A stretch of DNA of 60,262 bases, filler included, from Bipalium vagum (lineage: Eukaryota), in NCBI GenBank assembly GCA_037834085.1. It is 3 parts of 3 records of this genome, joined end to end, with 100 filler letters (N's around TTAATTAATTAA, not from the genome) between each part and the next. Parts side by side here need not be neighbours in the genome. Positions count along the whole stretch, not along the records: positions 21,801 to 44,440 come from JBBMKC010218576.1; positions 44,541 to 60,262 come from JBBMKC010149933.1; 1 more part is not named here. The stretch is one strand, 5' to 3'. The translations under genes were made by a program, and so were the position numbers. Positions 38,967-51,439 of this stretch are shown in pieces. The notes under the pieces are model-generated. The model had not been told where the DNA came from and did not search any database. It saw only the letters and a program-made list of their open reading frames with translations. Positions within the stretch are counted from its first letter, which is position 1. Each line of letters begins with the position of its first letter.

Positions 38967-40990
38967 TAAGTCACCCTTTCATAAAATATCCAATCGAATT
39001 TGTTGTAAAAGAAAAAAACTTATATTTTAAAATAATAACTTTTAAGGTCAATCCTTCAAGGTCAATACACTGTCCAACGATTCTTGAATGGGATAATCTC
39101 ATTCCTAAAGTGAATTATCGGAAGACTTTCGAAATACCCCTCTGCAGCTGTTTAGATCTCACAACTTTTCGAGAAACACCTACTTTGAAATTTTTGTTGT
39201 TTTGTGATAGACAGAAATCAAAAGGAACCAGATCTGGTTGAAAAGTTATTTGATTAGCTTGTTACGTAATAAATGTCGTTTTTGAATTTTTTGTCAACTT
39301 GCATTTTGCACTCAATTTTTTTATATATATGCCTTTTATCCCACAGCATATTATACATTTATACGTCTGTCAATAATTACAAAATCTATAAATCGATAAA
39401 AGTATTTGATATTTTAATAATTTAAATTTTTATATTACTTTAAGTCTAGGATGCAAAACCGCGAATTTCGGATTTTATTTTTATGAGTACAAACTTGGAA
39501 AAAATACTGTAGATGTCGAAACTAAAATCAATACCGCATTTGGACAAGGTTCAGTGTCCAAACGAATTACTCCACATTGGTTTCAGAAGTTTCATTCAAA
39601 GCCTTGAAGAATTACCCGGAAGGGGTCGTGGTCCGGTCATTGATGATAAGGATTTGAGGACTTCTGCTGGAAAAGATACTCGTAAAAAGGTACGAGAGTT
39701 ATCTGGACAATTGAATGTTAGCATTGCCAAGGTTTCCCGTCATATAAAAGCCATTGAAAAGTGAAAAAAGATTGCTAAATAGACCCTGCATGAATTGATA
39801 AATGTCCACAAAATTCAGTGATATGAAATCTGCTCGTACTTAATTTTACGACAAAATAATGATCCTTAATAATAATGAGCCTAATTAATACCCACTAAAA
39901 AAGTTGATGGTCACTATCTGGTAGAATTACAGTGTAGTTACTCACTACAGTTTCGTAAACCCGGGAGAAGCTATCACTGCAGATAAATATTGTTCCGAAC
40001 TGGAAGATATGCATACAAAATTGAGGATTATTTCAATAGACGTGGGCCAATTCTGCTGCATGACAACACTAAACCCCACATCGCACATATGACTCTGAGA
40101 AAGCTACATGATCTCGATTATGAAACCTTGCATTATCCACCGTATTCCATTGACTTGTTCCCCACTGATTATCATCTGTTCAAGTATCTAGATACCTTCC
40201 TGAGTTCCGAGATGCGGACAAGGTATAAAAGGCTTTCTTGATTTCATCGCCTCCGGAACACAGGATTTTTATGAAAATGGGATAAATAAACTTTTATCGC
40301 GTTGGCATATGTGTCTTGATGCAAATGGGTTTTATTTTTAAAAAAGCTTTTCATTATGGTTTTGTATTTTTTTTCTTAAATTTTTTTTAAAAAACGACAT
40401 TTATTATGGAACAAGTTAATACATGAACCATTTTTTCAGATAGTCCAAAAGACTGGAGGTAATAGTATATACATACTTCCTTCCGCATCCAAGAGGACTC
40501 GTACCAACACATTTTAGATTGGTCTTGTTTTTTGGGTTGCTTTGAAGCTAAAATACCAGTCCAATCTACACTTTTCTTTGGATTCAGTATTATAATGATA
40601 AACCCAGATTTCTACCACAGGCACAATTTATGAATAAGATCGATTTTATTTTTCTAACAATCCATATTGTACTGCGAAAATTTTATTCCACTGAATTTTT
40701 AATCTTCAGTTTACAAAATTTGTCAAGATTTGAAAAAGGTGTTATGTAAAGATGACATGTCCATACCGAGAGAAATTTCACACAAAGTCAATCATTTGTC
40801 ATCTATAGCCATATCATGGAAACCGTTATGACTAATCGTTTTTCCATTTTTGAGTAATCGCCAAACACGTCTGCTGAAACAATTACTGACCACAGGAGAA
40901 TCGGAATGAATGAACAAATAAAAATTTAAATATTGACATGAAATGGTCCAATGAAAAACGGTGCATAAATTTATTATGAAATTTTCCTAT
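38967..40990 (-). mobile_element. Older decayed mariner split by the nested insertion at 39254-40419
   Basis: A C-terminal PDLVPFDFCL remnant lies left of the insertion. The mid-region (ETRPI*NVLVRVLLDAEG, similar to K.M..VFWD..G) resumes right of it. Confidence 0.5.
39254..40419 (+). mobile_element. Near-full-length mariner element (pseudogenised transposase)
   Basis: TIRs TTAGCTTGTTACGTAATAAATGTCGTTTT and AAAACGACATTTATTATGGAACAAGTTAA. ORF fragments SLEELPGRGRGP and PILLHDNTKPH..LHYPPYSIDLFPTDYHLF. Confidence 0.88.
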
Positions 40991-42584
40991 GAGAGACAAT
41001 TTATGTATGAGACAAAATTTTTCAACTAATCTAAAAAGAAAATAATTGAAAAAATTTTTTTAAAAATTCCAAAATTAGTGCCAATAATTTCTTTTTTTTA
41101 ATGAAATTGATTTTTTTATTTTAATTCATTAAAACAAATATTTTTCGAGTAAATAAATTCAAATATTGATGAAATTATTGATATTTTTAAAAAATAATCC
41201 AAAGTTTTTCAAAAAAATAATTTCAAATTGTAAAGATCAATGAGATCTGGAAACGAGATCAAAAGTCGTCCTACCACATTGCGCTGATCTCAGAATCACT
41301 GACTATGTTTCCCAAATAAACAACATTTTTGTTTAACGCAATTCTTTTGCCAAACAAATTGCAATAATAAATAATTGACGCAGACTTTACAGGAAGGAAA
41401 GGGGAAATATTTTTAAGAAAAAACTCGGGACAAAATCTGAAATGATAAGGAATAGAATTTGCGGTTCATCGCGATTTTCCAACGATGTCAAACTTGTAAT
41501 AAAATTTTCACTCAATTTTCATAAAATCTTTCCGACAATTAGAACAAAAAAATAATTCTAGCAGAAAACATGGAAAACAGAAAATGTATTTTATTTTTAT
41601 GATCATCTTCCTTTACTTCACATGTATATAAAATAGTTTTTTAAAAATTTTTGATTTTTTTAATTTAATTTTGCAAAAAATTTAAATCTACGTTTATATC
41701 TGCAATTTATTTTATTTATATATTTTTTGATTTTTATATTATTCTTATTAATTAATAAANNNNNNNNNNNNNNNNNNNNNNNNNNNNNNNNNNNNNNNNN
41801 NNNNNNNNNNNNNNNNNNNNNNNNNNNNNNNNNNNNNNNNNNNNNNNNNNNNNNNNNNNNNNNNNNNNNNNNNNNNNNNNNNNNNNNNNNNNNNNNNNNN
41901 NNNNNNNNNNNNNNNNNNNNNNNNNNNNNNNNNNNNNNNNNNNNNNNNNNNNTTGATAATAATAGCAATAAATATAAAAATCATCAACAATTATAAATAT
42001 TAATTAATAATATAATTATTTTTATTGATTATATTTATTTTCACTCTAATACTTATTCAATTAATTTTAATATTAAACAATAATAAAGAATTTATATTAT
42101 TAAATAATTTTAAAAAATAGCATGAATAAAACAAAATAACATTAAAAAAACAAAAATATTTTTTAAAAAATCAATAAATAATAAATTTATAAAATAAGTA
42201 AATCAATAAGTACATTTTGTATTGATAATGTTATCTTTCAAATCCATTATCAATCATTACCACAATTACTGATGGCGCTCATTGGGACTTATGTCCAGAG
42301 TCACATCTTCTACAGACTCAGCTCAATGATTACATCAATTTCAATTATATATTGTGAAGAGTTGTCACTTTGGTCCAAGTAAGCTAGTCATATGCTACCA
42401 AACCATTTAAACAAAAATATAAAATACACCGTACTTAATTAATTTATTTGATTAAAAGAAACTCTGGCTGGAACAAAAAATTGATAATGGTACTTTTTAT
42501 TTGAGGAAAATAAGCAAAGTGCAATAAGTTATAAATGTTTAAGATTAAGATGTTATGCTTTGGTGTTCGGGAAAGTTTGTTGGA

Positions 42585-43200
42585 TCAAGGGTGCTTGAGA
42601 AAAACAAACCAAGCCAAAATTAGATTTATTTTTCTTGGAAGAAAATCGCTTTTAAAGTGAACACACTTTCGCATGCGAACGAATCAAATTTCAAAGCATT
42701 TTTCCAAGCTGAAGTTTGCATTTCAAACATTGGCACCTCAAATTTCACGTGATGAACATATGTCATCAATTAATTTCTTTTTGATGGCTGGCAACAAAAC
42801 TAGGTCACACGGTGATTGGTCAAATGAATACGGGGTGTGTGCTTTAATTCTACATTTTAGTGACTTCAGAACTGGTGCTGTCTCCATGAAGAATAATTCG
42901 TCGTCTTTTCTCTTATGTTAGAAATCACTTGTGGTAGGCAAACTGTTGTAGACCATTCATCATTGTTAGTTATTCTTTGATTCTCTAAAGTCATCGTTCC
43001 TACATGTCCTCCTAAAGAAAGTTATTGCCTCTTTCTGTTTGTACAGAGACAAGTACATTGAGACCGAATAATTCTGTTGGTTTGGATTCAATTTTAAATA
43101 CCCAAGACAGTAGATCGTTGCTTGTTTTCACGTAGAATTAATACTTGACGTCAAACTAGCTCACTATACAGTATACATTTCAAGCTGAACATCCAATGGA
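42585..43200 (-). mobile_element. Deleted mariner remnant
   Basis: Minus strand AHTPYSFDQSPCDLVLLPAIKK resembles HPPYSPDLAPCDFFLFP.LK. Confidence 0.6.
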
Positions 43201-44440
43201 AGCTCAACTCAAGCAAAAAAACTAATAACTTTACATTATATGCAATTATACCTACAATTCTTAGTAATAATAATAGTGTAATATATATTTCCTTGAATAT
43301 AATCCTTTACATTATGACATCACCTTGGAAACATGGAGAAATTTTCCCATCATTCAGTAGCAGTCTTTCTAAAAAAGAAAATTGAAACAGGAAAAAATGA
43401 TTATTCTCTGAAAAAAGAAAAGAAAAAAATTGAAAAATACCATTGTTGATTTATCAATATTGATAAATATAAAATCATTATTTATTATGTCATGATCTAT
43501 CAATCACTTCAATCAATATTATGAGCAACCTTGGGAAAATATATATAAAATGATTTATGATCATAATAAATTTGTCAGTTTTTTATTTTGTTTTAATTTG
43601 ATAATTACCATCCTTAAATGTATTAATAGATGCAATTTGCTTTTTTCAGAGTCCGTTGAAGCAAATTTATATTAATAAATATTTCAATGAAAACAACAAT
43701 ATTTTTTTGTTTGAATGAAATCAAAATTAGTGTATTTAAAAAAATGTTTTTTCTTGTTTTAATGAGTAATTTTATATAAAATTTTAAGTTTGCTGAATTA
43801 ATTAGTCCAGATAATTTTTGAATGGAAATTTAAGAAAGAAGAATATAAATAATTATTTATCTGTTTAAATGAACCAAAAATTCCCATTAATTCAAATTTT
43901 TACTGTCATGTACAGTTTTTAATTTTATTTCAAAATGATTTTCTTGATAAAATAAATTTTTTGTTTCGGAATGATTTTAAAATTTTTCGGTTTTAAACGA
44001 TTTTATGGACAATTTTTTTTTGGAAAAAAATAAGAAAAAAATTTTATCAAGATAACTTATTTTCAGAAAGAAAACTAAATGGCATTGGGGAAGGAGCTCT
44101 ATGGGTCACAGAAATATATTGTATAACATTTTTTATATTAGTTTTTAGCGAATCATTTTAAACAAAATAAATTTTAATTAAAGTGTAATTTTAAAGATAT
44201 TAATTAAGAAAAATTAAAAGAATCTTCAAAAAACAAATTTTTTTCTAATTTGAGTTTTACGGAGGAATTTTGTCAGAAACAAGGAAAGGTCCTGGAAATA
44301 GAAAAGATAATAAATTGGTTTAAAAACGTTGGTAGAAGCACACAAGCTCAGAATTATTAATGAGACTAAGAAAATCATTATTAAAACAGACATCAACCTG
44401 TCTCCTGGTTTATATGCATTTACAATATTTATAGAAAATT

Positions 44441-44540
44441 NNNNNNNNNNNNNNNNNNNNNNNNNNNNNNNNNNNNNNNNNNNNTTAATTAATTAANNNN
44501 NNNNNNNNNNNNNNNNNNNNNNNNNNNNNNNNNNNNNNNN
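44441..44540. other. Assembly gap with artificial TTAATTAATTAA linker
   Basis: Same structure as 21701-21800. Confidence 0.95.
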
Positions 44541-44699
44541 CCTTTTGATCTTGTCATTGAAAAATAGCTATGAAATAATGATTTAAATATTATTGATATA
44601 TTTTTAAATTAATTTACTTTATAAGTAAATAGATTTGAAAAATTTTAACAATAAAATATAGTTTAGAAATGTTTTAATTTATTAACAATTATTTAGAAT

Positions 44700-45800
44700 T
44701 TTAGGGTGCTTTTTACTTTTTTCCATGAGTATAAATTGTCACATAAATGTGAGAAAGGAATAGATGTAATTTTCTTCGCCGAATATCAAAAATATATAAT
44801 CGACATATCTTTTATAAACCAGTAATTTGTTTCCTTGATATTTCTCAATTTAATTTTCTAAGTATGCCATAAAAATTGATGATAAAGTTGGTCCTAATGG
44901 TGACATAATGGCTACTCCATTTGTCTGCTTATACCACTCATTATTAAACATGAATTATTAAATTCTAGAAACTCTCGTTGTGCTTTATCATAGATAATTT
45001 GTTTCTCCACATTTATTCTACAGATCTATGAGCAGATCAAATGTTTCTGAAATCGGGACATTGGTATAATGGCTGCACACATCAATTGATAGAACATATT
45101 CATTACCTGGTTTTATTTTATAGTTATTTATGAATCGCTGGAATTCAAATGTGTGTTTTACTTCATATTGGGTGTTCTTCAATGGTTTTATTAATTCATC
45201 CAACAGTCTTGCGGTTTTATATTGAGCACAATTTTTCATCGAAAGTACCGGTATTAACGGCTGACTTTCTTTATGAATCTTCGGTAATCCGTATAATTTT
45301 GCCGGTTGTGCTTCTTGACTAATTAAATGCTTTATTATCTTTTGTATTATTGTTTTTTTGCCAATTTTTTTTCCAGTTTATTGATTATTTGCTCATCTTA
45401 AATTAGAATTGGTATGCTAATAATTCTTTTTACATTACTGGAGTTTAGTCTTCTTCTTTGCTCTTTGCAAAGATTTGGGATTTGCATAGGTCGACGCTGA
45501 AAATAATTTCATAAATTAAGCAAATTTTTTCCTCCAGCGTATTCAACCATTTAATGATGCAGTTCTGTTCCTCTTTGTTTTTAGAGACTTCCGTAATTTC
45601 AAGTAATATATTAGTTAAGAAACAGTCACCGACTTCATGCAAAACACGTAGATTGTGTTCGCAGAATTCCAACCGATGTTTACACATATCGTGTGTTAAG
45701 AAGTATAGAACAAATCTGAAACACATCTTTCTAATGCCATTCAGCATGTTGTGTACTGATCGATAATATATATTCAGTCGCTTAGATAAAGAAGAGTTTT
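44700..45800 (-). mobile_element. Penelope-like retroelement reverse transcriptase pseudogene
   Basis: PAKLYGLPKIHKESQPLIPVLSM, VLSIDVCSHYTNVP, FNNEWYKQTNGVAIMSPLGPTLSSIFMAYLE and YKRYVDYIF (YVDD mutated) are diagnostic Penelope RT motifs. No GIY-YIG seen before the gap. Confidence 0.88.
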
Positions 45801-46055
45801 TATAACTCTTCTTTCATCATGAATATTTTTTTTCAATTTTTTTTTCATGCGATTCGTCTATTTCTGCTGGTCTTCCAGTGCTTTTTTTTTCTCAATCGAG
45901 ACTCGACTACCTTTGAATTCTCTTATCCATTAATAAATGGCGATAAGTGATGGAGCATTTTTCCTGTACACCAAATGAAGTTCTTCTGTTATTTGTGCTG
46001 CGTTTTTTGTCGTAAAACTAAGAAGTGAATAACGGTTCGAAAAAAATATGTTTGC

Positions 46056-47309
46056 GAGTGCATTTAATAATTGCAGCACTTACAAAAAACAAGAATTACA
46101 TTATTTTCTGTCCCAAGATTTCAAAATATTTACACAATGAAGCTATCATATTTTGTCTTAATGCAAATGTAACAAAATAATTGAAAATTTCTTAATATAA
46201 CCAACTATATTAAGAAAAAAATAAAAATACCAAGAAAAAACTGGCATAAATTAATTGCCGCATTTTCCAAAAAATCGATTTTTATTCACAAACAATGTAT
46301 CAATACGATTCTAATATTTTATTGAGCTGCCGTTAGGATAAATATTTTTATAAATTCTATTTGACATTGAAGTTACCAAATTTTCCATGTTTTCAGGGAT
46401 CCATGTCTTTCCAACCACCAGTAACTACCGATCGCAGCTCATCAATAGAATTGAATTGTTTTCCACCAGTATATACCTTCCGAACCAACACTCCCCTAAG
46501 TTTTTTATGAGATTCAGATCCGGTGAGTACGGCGGCCAGTCCATAACTTCAATATTTTTGCCTCTTAGCCATTCCATAGTTGAACGGGATACATGGCACC
46601 TACAATTATCTTGCTGAAAGTAAGGGCTGAATTCGCCAAAATCTTTTATAAAAGGTAGTAGATTGTCTTTCAGGAGTCTCTTGATAACACGGATGATAGT
46701 CTCCTTGATTACGTTTAAGTTAAGTTCATGTGTAATTGTCGAGTTTGAAATCGATTTATTGCTGGCTTTGCAAATGATCAATCATTTCGTTTTTTGTCAA
46801 AACCTTTGTGTTTGGGCTAGGCTTACGATTTTTGCAATCTCCATTTTTCAAATAATATCTTATGGAGCTTTCATTTCTGTTTAACCTATTTCCGATCCAT
46901 CTGTTTGATTTTCCGGCTTCCTGGTAGGCCTCAATCATCCCTTTCTCAATGCTCGACATTTTGCTTAAATTTAGCATGGTAAGAATTTACTAAACAGTTT
47001 AAATTATTATTTTTATAATTATTAATTCTCACTTATTTTATATTGTAAACATTTTAAGTATAAAATTAAAATTGATAAAGAAAATCCAAATTCAATTTAG
47101 TGCGGCAATTAATTATGGTCAACAAAAATTTTGAATTATATAAACAAATAAATTTAGTTAAATTACAACTTAATTTAAATAATACAATGGTGTTCAAAGG
47201 AGTTCTTATATCTTGTACTTTCATCAATTTTATGAAAATTTAATTACAGTTTATATTTTATTATTTATTAATATTTTACAAGCATCGGCAATTAATATAT
47301 GGAGCACTG
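46056..47309 (-). mobile_element. Tc1-like element with IR/DR-type ends and deleted transposase
   Basis: HTH EKGMIEAYQEAGKSNRWIGNRLNRNESSIRYYL and DDE part FQQDNCRCH..WPPYSPDLNLIKNL. Right end ...GCAATTAATATATGGAGCACTG|TA. Internal repeats TTAATTGCCGCA at ~46251 and ~47101 (inverted). Confidence 0.8.
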
Positions 47310-48779
47310 TATGTTAATCCGTGTCTTTTTTGGCGTCACTGGTTGTGAGGGTGGAAGTTTCTAGTTCTAAAGTGTTCCTCAGTTTCGGTTCTACTCGGAC
47401 AGATTATTGGCTGAGCGGCTTCGACTATCTTGTCATATGCCTTTTTGGATTTGATTTAAAGCTATCTCTGTTTGAAAAATTTGGATAATATTATTTTTTT
47501 ATGATTGAATTTTAGGTTATAATTTTTGGATGTTTTTCTCCATTAACATAACCACAATCACATGGGTTCGTCAGCAGTGAGCGGGTCTTTTCTTCAGTCA
47601 TACATAAATTTATATATCTTGAAAAATCAAGTATGTTATTGACTTTGTTTTGATGAAAGTCAATCTGCTCCCTGTGCTTTTTTCGAGAAGTAGATCCATC
47701 AAAATTGTTTTCTTGTTTAAATTATCGACAATTAAGAGGATCCATTGGTTACCATGATAGTGGATCGGTCATAATATTATTTCCTAGTCATCAAGATTGT
47801 GGAATGGGAAAATATAATTGAAGGCCGATGAATTCTCATTCTGCATTGCTATTCATGCTTCTGGTAATATTTGTATTAATGAAGTACTCAATATCAAAGT
47901 TCGATAGTCTTTGCAAACCGCATATGTCTTGACTTGAAAAATTTAAATTTGCTGTACAGTTTTCAACGATGAACACTTTTGTGATTTGGCGATTACGAGT
48001 GGTGATTGAAAAAATGAATAATATAATTCTTTTTTTTTTCAAAAATATTGATTTTTCGTACGGTAACTTACTCTCCAGCAGAAGTCATATATGGAACGGC
48101 ATCGAATAATAAAATAAAGAAATTTTGTCCTTTTTTGTGACAAAGGTTTCAGTAGGCTGTACTTCACTCAATGAAGTACATATTGTTGGTCCACACTAAT
48201 TTCGAAAATGTGACAGTTCAGTACATAATTGCTTTGTGGATTGGATATATTAAATTTTTGACATACTTTGTGTTTGCAAGTATCAGTTTCGTCAATAACT
48301 AAGAAAACTTTTTTATCATGGATAATATTTCCAATTCTCATTCTTTCTTCATCAGCAATATTTGCAACTTGAAGATGTAGATTGGACCCAGATGAAAACG
48401 ATCGTTCAATGTTAGTGAACCAAATTGTAAGTTTCTCATTGTTAACTGTTCGAAGAAGAATATTCTCTGAGCAACATGAAATTTGAAATCACTTTGTTTC
48501 ATAAAATCTTTGACAGAAATGTTTGCTTGCTGTTTAACGTTACATCTTTCAAGCATTTCAAATGTTTCATTGGTTGATGAAGCTTGACGACGAATGATCG
48601 ACGCTCACTATTGACAGAAATAATATGCAATACAAATCCATTTTTAAGAATTTTTCATTTGAAAAAAAATCTTTTTTTAAACAATTATAAAACGTTACAA
48701 AAAAGTGCAATTAAAAATCAAGTTTGGAAAACTTGCCCTACAATTCCAAAACAATTTTTTCCTCAATGATTTCCCATCA

Positions 48780-50160
48780 AGATTTAATAATATTTGCTTT
48801 TCGCTCCTTTAATGCATATGGTATCCGTTTTTCTTCTTTTTAAATCTTCCCCATTGGTCTTCGTGCACAGACCAGAAAACTGTTGTCGAGTTTGTGAATG
48901 GTCTTCACCGAAAAATGATTTGGAATCTCTACTTTCGAATTATTTTCATTGATCTGAATGTTCAATGTCTTGCAAATCGTTCACGTAGTTTTCGAGATAG
49001 ACCTTTGTCACCATAGGTTTCCACAATAATACGGGAAATTCTAAGCTGTTCTTCCTTTTAAAGGAACAGAAAAATTAAAATATACCGCAAATGACATTTA
49101 CTTGATTGACATGAAGACACCTTTATTGACCAAACTATAGAGTACACCAACTTTTATGACGTGAAACATATTTTGAATTAAGCGCGCGAAAAATGTTAAA
49201 AATTAATTTAAATGAAAATAATATTAAATTTTTATTAAAAATTATTTATATTTTGTAAAATTTTTGATTTTCTTCATTTTTTTCGGAGACACAAGTCGAG
49301 CATTCAGAGTAATTAAAACAAATGACAAAACATTTAAATTTCGGTAATGATAAGCCGATTTAATGGTTCAGACTACAGCGGGGCTTCAATCAACGAAACC
49401 CAATTTTGTGGCTTTGAATGTCTGCAAAGTTAAAAGCTTCTGGCCCGGATCAGAAATTCTCAACTGAGAACAGAAAATTCTTTGGCTTTATGAAAAATAT
49501 TTTTTCAATAAAAACTCTTAATAAAATTTTTTTCATTTTAGTGGGACATTTTTCTCAGTTCCAGTTTTATTTTTCTCAGACGCTTCAATACAAGGAGCGA
49601 AATACGGTTAGGCCCATCATTATTAAGTGGATTGAAAAAAAAAACAGAAAAGAGTTTGATATGAAAATTTCATCGAGGGTTGTACAAAATTTTTAAATCA
49701 ATTCATAAATGCTTTGCGTTATTGATTTAACAAGGGTCTCTAATATTTTTCGTTGAATTTGTTTCCATGATGCTTTGACTTCAAAAGCGATTTGAAAATG
49801 TCTTTCAGAAATGTAGACCTGTCTGACCAATCAAAGTTTTCCAATCAAAATCATTCCTTCCTATGTTTAGCAGTGCACAGAAGGATTAACTTGTTGGAAA
49901 ACAAAATTTTGTCGCATAAGGCAGTTAACATGGTCTGACAAAAATATACCAAATAAATCCTTGTAGTTCTTGTATGTTAGAGGTAATAATCCGCCTCTCA
50001 CCATCACCGTTTCCCCGTCGAAGTCTCTACTGAAACACATGTCACACTAAAAAGATCATAGCGATATTTTTGAGAATCACCTGGTCCATCCATATTGAAC
50101 TTTTCTTATCGGTGAACATTAATTAAAGGTGGTATAAGAATGAGTTCTGTTAAAGATCTT
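48780..50160 (-). mobile_element. Mariner N-terminal remnant (48780-49060) and Tc3-like transposase remnant (49700-50160)
   Basis: IIVETYGDKGLS (mariner). MFTDKK.FNMDGPG..FDGETVMVRGG resembles Tc3 FSDEKKFNLDGPDG..GGGSVMVWG. Confidence 0.55.
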
Positions 50161-51360
50161 CTGTTCATCAAAAAAAAGTAATCCTTTTTGTGAAGGTTTT
50201 TTAACAAATAAAAAAAATTAAAACCAAAATAGACAATTAACGGAGAATAATTTTAATTTTTCTTTTGTCAAGTCTTTAAGTTGAGGGTCCTTATTATTTT
50301 GTTTTAAAAGATAAATTGAAATTCTTTATTCAAATGAATTCAAAGGGTTTTTTATTTTTATTTCGAAAAATAAATTTATATTTAAACTTTAATCTCCTGA
50401 AAAATCTTTTTTTTATTTTTATAAGTTTAATAATAATATAAAATTTTATTTCATTTGAATAATCATAATTAACATTGATAATACGGATAAAACCAATAAA
50501 TATTTGAATTTTAATTAAATCAATAATTAAATAATCACATTTCAAAATTGGATAAAAATTTTAAGAAATCAATTTTTAAATTTGATAATTTGTTTTAATA
50601 TTCATGTTTTATGGCAGAAATATTGAAAAATGTTAATTTTAATATAATTAATAATTTAATTATGATAAATAAACCAATGACATTTGCAACAAATAATATT
50701 AATTAAAGAAAATTATTTCTTTTTCTCATAATAATAATAATAATAATAATAAATCCCAAACTAAATCTGCAAATTAAAGGGATAAGTGTCCCCGAATGAT
50801 GAGCAGACTACGTCCATTGACAAGATATGGACTCAGTGATATAGTTCGATGTACTGTATTGTTTCCCCCGGGGTTCGTTAATGTATACTACGACAATACG
50901 TCCTAATCCCATTACTTTAATTACGAGCAGAAACATATCCCACCGGAATTGATCATGATTCCTTCGTGAGCATTACGGAATGTTAAAGGGAAACTGTCAG
51001 CATCCTTTAAAGAGTTTTGAAGGACTTCATCGATTTTAATTTCTTTTTGTAAGGTCTTCGCTACAAGGTTTTTATTTTAAGATCAAAACAATAAAGATTA
51101 AAACAAAATAAAAAAATTAATGATAATATTATCTAAATTGTTGATTAATTTTTATAATTAATTATTATTTATGTAAATTAATTTTTTACCTTACTTAAAC
51201 AATTCATAAGATTAATTTTATTTTATTTTATTAAAAAAAAAGATTTTTCTATTAATATTTTAAAATTTATTTCCATTATATAAGAAACCTTAAAATGCAT
51301 TTATAATAAAATGAAAAAATAAAAATTTTGTTTATTGAGAGGAATATTGAAAATTAGTCA

Positions 51361-51433
51361 GGCGATGTAGATCAGCGGTCAGAGCAGTCCATGCGCGTGC
51401 AATGGGTCCTGGACTCGATACCCAGTATCTCCG
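51361..51433 (+). pseudogene. tRNA-Ala(CGC)-derived element, copy 1 (degenerate)
   Basis: GGCGATGTAGATCAGCGGTCAGAGC...GGACTCGATACCCAGTATCTCC aligns to eukaryotic tRNA-Ala (GGGGATGTAGCTCAG...CCCGGCATCTCCA). The anticodon and T stems are mismatched. Confidence 0.7.
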
Positions 51434-51439
51434 AATAAT

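Noticed and set aside
47311-47580. Hammerhead ribozyme expected near the Penelope element (minus-strand CTGTCCGAG..CGAAAC and CTGACGA)
   Set aside because: I could not build a complete CUGANGA-stemII-GAAA-stemIII-NUH core. An Infernal search would be needed.
47600-48600. Transposase-like fragments (LVIDETD, GNNIMTD)
   Set aside because: Too decayed to assign a superfamily without a profile search.
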